The translations under genes and the position numbers were made by a program. From Planctomycetota bacterium (GTDB taxonomy: Bacteria > Planctomycetota > B15-G4 > JADJEK01): 13,421 bases of DNA. Positions 7,476-13,421 of this stretch are shown piece after piece (within the stretch, counting starts at the first letter, position 1; each line of letters begins with the position of its first letter). The stretch lies in assembly GCA_044225365.1 (NCBI GenBank), contig JBGAIQ010000089.1:1-13421 (forward strand), written 5' to 3'. A model generated the notes under the pieces. It saw only the letters and a list, made by a program, of their open reading frames with translations, made no database searches and was not told the origin of the DNA.

Positions 7476-9248
7476 ATGCCACGGTTCCCCTACGTCGCTC
7501 TTCTGTCCGGTCTCATTTCCGCCTTCGCCGGCGCGGGCGAATCGCGTGCGGGGAATCCCATCGCGACTCCTCCGGCCGAGACCTGGCTGGAGCGGCTCGA
7601 GGGCCGCGGATTCTCCGGAGCCGTGCTCGCGATCGACGACGGCGAGGTCTTGATCGACCGCGCCTTCGGCCTCTCCGACGTCGAGGCGAAGGTCAAGATG
7701 AGCGTCGACTCGGTCTTCGACATCGGCTCCATCACGAAGCAATTCACCGCGGCGGCGATCCTCGCGCTCGATCAGGACGGCAAGCTCGCCGTCACCGATC
7801 TCCTGTCCAAGTACGTCGGCCCCGTGCCGAAGGACAAGGCGACGATCACGCTAGAGCATCTGCTCACGCATTCGGCGGGCTTCCTCGGCGAGATCGGTCG
7901 CGACGAGGACTACGTCGGAAGCGACGATTTCGTGAAGCTCGCGCTCGCTTCCCGACTCCAGTTCGAGCCGGGCTCGGACTACAGCTACTCCAATGTCGGA
8001 TTCGCGCTTCTCGGGATCATCGTCGAGAAGGTCACGGGCAAGGGATACGAGGCGTTCTTGCGCGAGCGGTTCTTCGATCCACTCGGGATGAAGGACACCG
8101 GCTACGTGCTTCCCAAGTGGGATCGCTCGCGAATCGCGTGCTGCTACCAGAATGGCGCGCGCTGGGGACTTCCGATCGACAAGAACTGGCACGCCGATGG
8201 GCCGGGCTGGCACCTGCGCGGCAACGGCGGAATCCTCACGACGCTCGAGGACATGCAGCGCTGGATCGAATCGCTCGACGAAGCGAAGGTCCTCGACGAG
8301 AAGCACTGCGATGAACTCTTCGTCCCGCGCGTGCGCGAGGGCCGCGGTGCGGACACGTTCTACGGCTATGGCTGGTCGGTGTTCTCGTCACCGCTCGGCG
8401 GCCAGATTCGCACGCACGACGGCGGCAACGGCATCCTGTCCGCGGATCTGTGGTGGCACGAACACAAGTCGCGCGTCGTGTTCGTCACCTCCACGCGATC
8501 GGAGTGGATCGCCGACGACATCCGCGAAGGCGTGCTCGACTTCCTGAACGGCGAGGGCAGGCCCATCCCATCGGCGACACGCGCGAGCGATCCCGCGGAG
8601 GGCAAGGCGGCGGAGGGCGTCTATCGCGGACACGGCGGCGGGATCGACGGCGCCGCGTTCACGGTGGCCTCCGACGGCACTGCGTTGCGAATCGACGCGA
8701 ACGACGCGAAAGCGTTCGCGATCCTCTCGGACCCTGGCGCGAAGGACCTCGAAGCGCGCCTCGCGCTCGCGAAGGAGACCGAGGCGATCGTCACGGCGAT
8801 GCAGGGCGGCGATTTCTCGGAACTCGGCAAACACTACGCAGGCTCGCGGGAACCCAGTGCATTCGTCGCTCGCGTGAAAGGAATCTTCGACGACCGGACC
8901 GCCGAGGTCGGCGCATGGAAGTCGCACACGACCCTTGGGCCCGCGCCGTTCGAGCAGGGAATCGTCGTGTGGGTGCATTGCGTCGCGGAGAGGGATTCCG
9001 CGTACGCTGGGTTCCTGTGGAACGAGGGCCATCTCGAAGGGATCACCTTCCGCGATCGTCCGCCCATGCGACGGTTCTTCCCCGTCCTCGCGGACGCGAA
9101 GGAGTCGGGTTCGACGTACGAGTCCTTCTCGCTGCGTCCCGCGGATTCCGCGCTTCCGACGGTGCGGCTCGAGGTGCACCTCGATGGCAAGCGTCGTCGG
9201 ATCGTCGTCGCGGGCGGCGACGCCCGCTTCGAATTCAGCGGTTCCTGA
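7476..9248 (+). CDS. Secreted serine hydrolase of the beta-lactamase/AmpC-like (peptidase S12) family with a C-terminal extension
   Basis: GFSGAVL, FDIGSITKQF (SxxK), LLTHSAG, FEPG, YSYSNVGF (YxN), GMKDT, YGYGW, HDGG. Signal peptide MPRFPYVALLSGLISAFAGA. RBS GAGGT at 7463-7467 favours ATG 7476 over 7410. Confidence 0.9.
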   Translation: MPRFPYVALLSGLISAFAGAGESRAGNPIATPPAETWLERLEGRGFSGAVLAIDDGEVLIDRAFGLSDVEAKVKMSVDSVFDIGSITKQFTAAAILALDQDGKLAVTDLLSKYVGPVPKDKATITLEHLLTHSAGFLGEIGRDEDYVGSDDFVKLALASRLQFEPGSDYSYSNVGFALLGIIVEKVTGKGYEAFLRERFFDPLGMKDTGYVLPKWDRSRIACCYQNGARWGLPIDKNWHADGPGWHLRGNGGILTTLEDMQRWIESLDEAKVLDEKHCDELFVPRVREGRGADTFYGYGWSVFSSPLGGQIRTHDGGNGILSADLWWHEHKSRVVFVTSTRSEWIADDIREGVLDFLNGEGRPIPSATRASDPAEGKAAEGVYRGHGGGIDGAAFTVASDGTALRIDANDAKAFAILSDPGAKDLEARLALAKETEAIVTAMQGGDFSELGKHYAGSREPSAFVARVKGIFDDRTAEVGAWKSHTTLGPAPFEQGIVVWVHCVAERDSAYAGFLWNEGHLEGITFRDRPPMRRFFPVLADAKESGSTYESFSLRPADSALPTVRLEVHLDGKRRRIVVAGGDARFEFSGS

Positions 9249-9434
9249 ATCGTCCGATCAGATCGAGGAATTCGACCGAACCCGGAGCGGGGCGCGCTGC
9301 GTCTCATGGGGCGTAGTACGCAGCACCGATCTTCGGCCTTAGGCGGGGGCACGAGGAGACGGGGGTTCCTCCACACACGCGAAGTCATTTGCGCGGCAGA
9401 GTCGTTTTCGTCGACCTGCCCGTGGTTAGGGTTT

Positions 9435-9606
9435 CGTCGCCGAAGAGCGGCGCCGTCCGTCCGTGGAGTCCCGAACGCGGATTCGATCCGTTTACAAGAC
9501 GAACAACGAGGACTGGGCGACCAGAGCGGGCTCCGCCGGCTTGCCGAGGACGCACCAGGACTCTCGCACCCGCTGCCCGGAGACGGTCGGCGGGTGCTCT
9601 TCTTTC
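9435..9606 (+). ncRNA. Candidate structured RNA / transcription attenuator (unassigned family)
   Basis: Long-range pairing 9442-9462 with 9580-9602, inner stem 9465-9471 with 9558-9564, tetraloop hairpins, and an alternative terminator hairpin 9566-9597 with a U-tract. No match recognised to a known Rfam family. Confidence 0.4.
9566..9606 (+). terminator. Intrinsic terminator-like hairpin
   Basis: GCACCCGCTG-C-CCG [GAGA] CGG-T-CGGCGGGTGC gives 13 bp including one G-U and one mismatch, with a GNRA loop, followed by TCTTCTTT. Confidence 0.6.
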
Positions 9607-9640
9607 GTGCGGTGGGGTGCTCTGGATTTTCCGGCTCGCA

Positions 9641-9656
9641 CCGAACCGCGGTTCGG
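9641..9656. promoter_or_regulatory. Perfect 16-bp palindrome, possible operator or hairpin
   Basis: CCGAACCGCGGTTCGG equals its own reverse complement and lies 46 nt upstream of ATG 9703. Confidence 0.35.
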
Positions 9657-9702
9657 ATTACCGTTGAGGACCGAGCCGACACCCACCCCTAGGAACTGGA
9701 CC

Positions 9703-10575
9703 ATGTCGAGAGCCATTTTCGCATCCCTTTGCGCTGCCGCCTTGTTCGCCTCGGCGTCGATCGCCGGCCAGACCTGGACCTTCGATGTGAAGACCTCGGG
9801 GCAGAACGTGACCTGGACGTCGCCGACTGCCGTCGACCCCGCCGCTTCCGTCTACGCGGTGAACTACACGATCACCAAGGTGCTCGTCGACGTCACCTGG
9901 CTCGGGATTCCCTTCAACGGCATCGACGTCACGAACCAGATCCCGCCGGCGATGCAATCCGCGGCGTTCGAAGTGCCCGGCCCCGCGCCGGTCGCTGCGC
10001 TGAACCAACCGGTCGTGATCCCGCCGCCGCCGACGGCCCCGGCCTTTGCCGCGAACCTCTCGTTCGGACTCGACGCCAACGGCTTTGGCTATGCGAGCGC
10101 CACGAACGTCGTCCTCGGCACCCTCGCGGTCAATCTCGGCGGCATCTTCGGCACGCAGAACGTGACATTGAAGGCCGTACGACTCATCGGGAACCTCACG
10201 ATCCATGGCGCGTGGTTCGATCTCGGGCACGCGCTCGCGGGCAGCCTCGGCACCCCGTTCTTCACGGGATCGGGACCGCTCTCGAGCGGTTCGGCGCTGA
10301 CGCTGACGCTCACCAACGCCTCGCCGTCCTCGCCGACCCTCTTCATCGTCGGACTCTCGACGATCAATCTGCCGTTCCACGGCGGCTTGATGGTCCCCTC
10401 CGTGGATCTCGTCATCCCGCTCGCAACCGATCCGACGGGCAGCTTCTCGCTCCCCGCGAACTGGCCGGCGGGGATCCCGGCGAATACTTCGCTCTACATG
10501 CAGTGCTGGGTCCTGAACCCCGCCGGCACTGCGGTCGATGGGGCGTCGAACGCATTGCGCGCCGTCGCGCAGTAA
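9703..10575 (+). CDS. Secreted hypothetical protein: beta-rich N-terminal domain plus a C-terminal ~120-aa domain of a type recurrent in planctomycete exported proteins
   Basis: Signal peptide MSRAIFASLCAAALFASASIA-G, purine-rich AGGAACTGGA upstream, strong GC3 codon bias from 9703 onward. C-terminus WFDLGHALAG...GGLMVP...LYMQCWVLNP...SNALRAVAQ. Confidence 0.8.
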   Translation: MSRAIFASLCAAALFASASIAGQTWTFDVKTSGQNVTWTSPTAVDPAASVYAVNYTITKVLVDVTWLGIPFNGIDVTNQIPPAMQSAAFEVPGPAPVAALNQPVVIPPPPTAPAFAANLSFGLDANGFGYASATNVVLGTLAVNLGGIFGTQNVTLKAVRLIGNLTIHGAWFDLGHALAGSLGTPFFTGSGPLSSGSALTLTLTNASPSSPTLFIVGLSTINLPFHGGLMVPSVDLVIPLATDPTGSFSLPANWPAGIPANTSLYMQCWVLNPAGTAVDGASNALRAVAQ

Positions 10576-10669
10576 GTCCGCATCCGCCATCCCTTCGCGC
10601 TTCGACCCCTGAACGGCATCCGGATTCGCCCGCTCGACGAGCCACCTCGCGACGTTTAGAAGAGGTTGC

Positions 10670-11959
10670 ATGGCGACGGGATCGAATCCCCCGAGTTCGA
10701 TGGAGGATCTGGACCGGCACACGGCGCTGACGCGACTCGTCACGCAGTTGCCGAAGACCGATCTGCACGTCCATCTCGACGGATCGCTCCGTCTCGCGAC
10801 GCTGATCGAACTCGCAGCGGAGGCGGGTGTCACGCTTCCCTCGTCCACGCCCGAAGGGTTGCTCGAGACGGTCTTCAAACCGCACTACAACAACCTCGCC
10901 GAGTACCTCGAGGGCTTCCGCTACACGGTCGCGGTGCTGCAGACGCCGGAGTCGCTCGAGCGCGCCGCGTTCGAACTCTGCGAGGATTCGTGGAACGAAG
11001 GGGTTTGCTACCTCGAGATCCGCTTCGCTCCGCAGCTCCACGTGTCGCCCCGCCTATCGCTCGCCGATGTGGTGCGCGCCGTGGCCCGCGGCATCGCGCG
11101 CGCCGAGAAGCAGTTCGGAGCCGAGCCGCGGGTCGTCGCGGGCGAGTGGCCGCCCTTTCACGCGGGCATCATTTTCTGCGCGCTGCGCATGTTCCTGCCC
11201 GAGTTCTCGGCGTGCTACCGCGGCTACTTCGACGCCTGCGGATTCTCGCCGCGTGACGAGATCTTCGCCCGCGCGAGCCTCGACCTCGCGCGCGCGGCGA
11301 CGCACCTGCGCAGCGTCGAGGGCCTGCCCGTCGTCGGCTTCGACCTGGCGGGACAGGAGAAGGGCTACCCGGCGGACACGCACGAAGAGGCGTTTCAAGT
11401 GGTCCACGAGGCGTTCCTCGGCAAGACCGTCCACGCCGGCGAGGACTACGGGCCGGAGTCGATCTTCATGGCGATCGGGGATCTGCATGCCGATCGCATC
11501 GGTCACGGGACGTGGCTGCTCGACGCCACGCGAGTCACCGATCCCAAGGTGAAGGACCCGAAGGGCTACATCGAACGGCTCGCGCAGTACGTCGCGGATC
11601 GCCGGATCACGATCGAGGTCTGCCTGACCTCGAATCAACAGACGGTCCCGGAGTTCGCGCAGGACCTCGCGCGGCATCCGTTCGCCGAGATGGTGCGCCG
11701 CCGGCTGTCGACCACGTTGTGCACCGACAATCGCCTCGTCTCGAACACGAGCGTGACGCAGGAGGTCGTGCGCGCGATCACGACGTTCTCGCTGCAGGCG
11801 AAGGAACTCCACGACATCCTCGCGTACGGCTTCAAGCGCTCGTTCTTCCCCGGGCCCTATCTCGAGAAGCGGGCCTACGTGCGCAAGGTCCTCGACGCGA
11901 TGGAAACGGTGTTCTCCCGATGCGACGTCGATCGACTGTTCCCCTCAAAGGCGCCGTAG
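10670..11959 (+). CDS. add: Adenosine/adenine deaminase-family protein (amidohydrolase superfamily, COG1816)
   Basis: LPKTDLHVHLDGS (HxH), YLEIRFAPQLH, VVGFDLAGQE, TVHAGED, DRIGHG, IEVCLTSN, HPF, CTDNRL. Purine-rich AGAAGAGG before ATG 10670; ATG 10700 is an alternative start. Confidence 0.88.
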   Translation: MATGSNPPSSMEDLDRHTALTRLVTQLPKTDLHVHLDGSLRLATLIELAAEAGVTLPSSTPEGLLETVFKPHYNNLAEYLEGFRYTVAVLQTPESLERAAFELCEDSWNEGVCYLEIRFAPQLHVSPRLSLADVVRAVARGIARAEKQFGAEPRVVAGEWPPFHAGIIFCALRMFLPEFSACYRGYFDACGFSPRDEIFARASLDLARAATHLRSVEGLPVVGFDLAGQEKGYPADTHEEAFQVVHEAFLGKTVHAGEDYGPESIFMAIGDLHADRIGHGTWLLDATRVTDPKVKDPKGYIERLAQYVADRRITIEVCLTSNQQTVPEFAQDLARHPFAEMVRRRLSTTLCTDNRLVSNTSVTQEVVRAITTFSLQAKELHDILAYGFKRSFFPGPYLEKRAYVRKVLDAMETVFSRCDVDRLFPSKAP

Positions 11960-12528
11960 CGTCGCGCCACGTCGTCCTCGTCGGGATGCGCGGGGCGGGC
12001 AAGACCACGCTCGGCAAGGCGCTCGCGCGCGCCCTCGGGTGCGAGTTCGTCGATCTCGATGCACGCATCGAGGCGCGCGCGAAGACGCCGATCCGTGAGA
12101 TCTTCGAGCAGCGAGGCGAAGCCTGCTTCCGTGACCTCGAGACGAAGGAGCTCCTCGCCATCGCGAAGACGATGCGACGGCGAACGTCGGATCCCATCGT
12201 GCTCGCGACGGGCGGGGGCGTGATCGAGCGCGCGGCGAATCGCAGGGTGCTGCAGGGTCTCGGGGACGTCGTCTGGCTTCAGGTGAATCGCAAGACCCTG
12301 GAGGCGCGCTTGCGGGCGAGTTCGAGGCTTGGGGGGGCGGGGCGGCGGCCGCTCCTGCTGAAGACGAGCGCGCGGACCCACGGCGATCCTGCTCGCGAAG
12401 TCGGCGCCCTGCTCGTTCGTCGCGGTCGCCTCTATCGGGAGGTCGCGACGCGCGTATTGAGAGCGGGTCGAGACGACGCGGAACGGCTCGCCGCGCGTCT
12501 CGCCGGAGCTCGACTACGAAAGAAGTGA
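11920..12528 (+). CDS. aroK: Shikimate kinase
   Basis: HVVLVGMRGAGKTT (Walker A), DLD, IREIFEQRGEACFRDLE, ATGGG, RPLL, RGRLY. Start is uncertain: the nearest in-frame ATG that keeps beta-strand 1 is 11920, inside add; ATG 11986 would truncate it. Confidence 0.88.
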   Translation: MRRRSTVPLKGAVASRHVVLVGMRGAGKTTLGKALARALGCEFVDLDARIEARAKTPIREIFEQRGEACFRDLETKELLAIAKTMRRRTSDPIVLATGGGVIERAANRRVLQGLGDVVWLQVNRKTLEARLRASSRLGGAGRRPLLLKTSARTHGDPAREVGALLVRRGRLYREVATRVLRAGRDDAERLAARLAGARLRKK

Positions 12529-12546
12529 AGCGGGCGAATGCGGTCG

Positions 12547-12575
12547 TTCCGGTCGTCGTAGAGTCCGCGTACACT
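12547..12575 (+). promoter_or_regulatory. Possible sigma70-like promoter for the HEAT-repeat gene
   Basis: TTCCGG (12547-12552)-17 nt-TACACT (12570-12575), ending 19 nt before ATG 12595. Confidence 0.35.
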
Positions 12576-12594
12576 GCGATCCACGCGTGAATCC

Positions 12595-13421
12595 ATGACC
12601 GACCCGACCCCGAGAATCCGCTTTGCCGCCGCCGCGGCCCTCGCGCTTGCTCTCGCGAACACAGGTTCGCCGAGCGCGTTGGCGTCGGCTTCGTGCATGG
12701 TCTTCGACGATCCGCCCGCGCCGGGAAGCGCCATCGCGAGCGCGAAGCGTGCCCTGTTCTCCGACGCCGCCGACGCCAACGACAAGAAGCGCGCCGCGGA
12801 GACGCTCTTCCAGCTCGATCCGACCTCGCTCGCGGTGCCTCTGTCGACGAGCACCGACGATTCGATCGTGCTCGCGATCCTCGATGCGATTGCCGTCCGC
12901 GCCGATGCCGGAAACTCGGGCGGCGCGCTCACCGACGCCGTCTTCACGCTGCTTCGAAGGCCGGAGCGCAAGGACGTGTTCGCGCGGGCGAAGGCGACAT
13001 TGCGAGCGATGGATCGCGCCGATCAGGCGCTACGCCTTCCGCCGGATCTCGCCGTGCGTCGTGCGCTCTACGCCAAGCTGCAGACGAACGACGCCACGAT
13101 CGTCCGCACGGCGGGGCGCACGCTCGCCGAACTCGGCGATCTCAATGCCGGCAACGAACTCGTCGCGGTGCTCGAGCGCACGGCGGGGCAAGGGCCGGTC
13201 GCCGATGCCGCCGCCGATTCGCTCGAGGCGCTGTTCTTCCAGTCGTTCGGTTCCGATCCCGCATTGTGGCGCGAATACCTGAAGTCTCTCGCGCAGAAGG
13301 GGCTCGATTCCTACGTCGCCGTCCTGCGCGACACCCTCGTGTCGCAACGCGCTTCGGCCGACGAAGAACTCCTGCGGCTCAAGATCGCGCTCGACGAGAA
13401 CGATGCGAAGGCGCTCGTCGC
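12595..13421 (+). CDS. Exported HEAT/ARM-repeat-like alpha-helical protein, 3'-truncated by the window edge
   Basis: Open frame from ATG 12595 to the end, absent from the ORF track because it has no stop: MTDPTPRIRFAAAAALALALA... (signal-like), LQTNDATIVRTAGRTLAELGDLNAGNELVAVLE (HEAT-like), AAADSLEALFFQSFGSDPALWREYL. Confidence 0.8.
   Translation, partial: MTDPTPRIRFAAAAALALALANTGSPSALASASCMVFDDPPAPGSAIASAKRALFSDAADANDKKRAAETLFQLDPTSLAVPLSTSTDDSIVLAILDAIAVRADAGNSGGALTDAVFTLLRRPERKDVFARAKATLRAMDRADQALRLPPDLAVRRALYAKLQTNDATIVRTAGRTLAELGDLNAGNELVAVLERTAGQGPVADAAADSLEALFFQSFGSDPALWREYLKSLAQKGLDSYVAVLRDTLVSQRASADEELLRLKIALDENDAKALV

Noticed and set aside
9435-9606. Assignment to tRNA, tmRNA, SRP RNA, Y RNA, retron msr-msd, or cobalamin/glycine/c-di-GMP riboswitch
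   Set aside because: Only fragments match (TTCGA, GCCGAAG, nearby GACCTGCC, terminal inverted repeat). There is no cloverleaf, SRP GGAA domain, full B12 box or GEMM core, and no Ro60 or reverse transcriptase gene nearby.
9463-9702. 80-aa N-terminal extension of the secreted protein from GTG 9463
   Set aside because: The signal peptide and RBS point to ATG 9703, and the extension crosses a terminator-like hairpin and lacks coding-like codon bias.
11512-11919. Long N-terminal extension of aroK
   Set aside because: It overlaps the conserved C-terminal third of the deaminase in another frame and has no kinase-related content.

Overview
Very GC-rich bacterial DNA (about 70% GC by eye). The gene styles (secreted S1C/PDZ proteases, a HEAT-repeat protein ending in an 'FGxDxxxW' motif, a secreted protein with a C-terminal 'QxW...SNA' domain) suggest Planctomycetota, which is an inference. 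Left half: a minus-strand operon of an archaeal/eukaryotic-type (type II) methionine aminopeptidase, an active HtrA/DegP-like protease, a translationally coupled tandem HtrA-like protein whose two trypsin domains have both lost the whole catalytic triad, and an alpha/beta hydrolase. Next come a TIGR01777/YfcH-like epimerase and an intergenic 18-bp/44-bp tandem-repeat array. A MocR/GabR regulator is divergent from a secreted beta-lactamase-family serine hydrolase. A 454-bp intergenic region can fold into mutually exclusive terminator and antiterminator structures. It is followed by a secreted hypothetical protein, an adenosine deaminase-family gene, shikimate kinase and a truncated HEAT-repeat gene missing from the ORF track. 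Best candidates for novelty: (1) the protease/double-pseudoprotease pair, a possible asymmetric HtrA pseudo-trimer; (2) the structured RNA/attenuator at about 9435-9606; (3) the type II MetAP in a bacterium.
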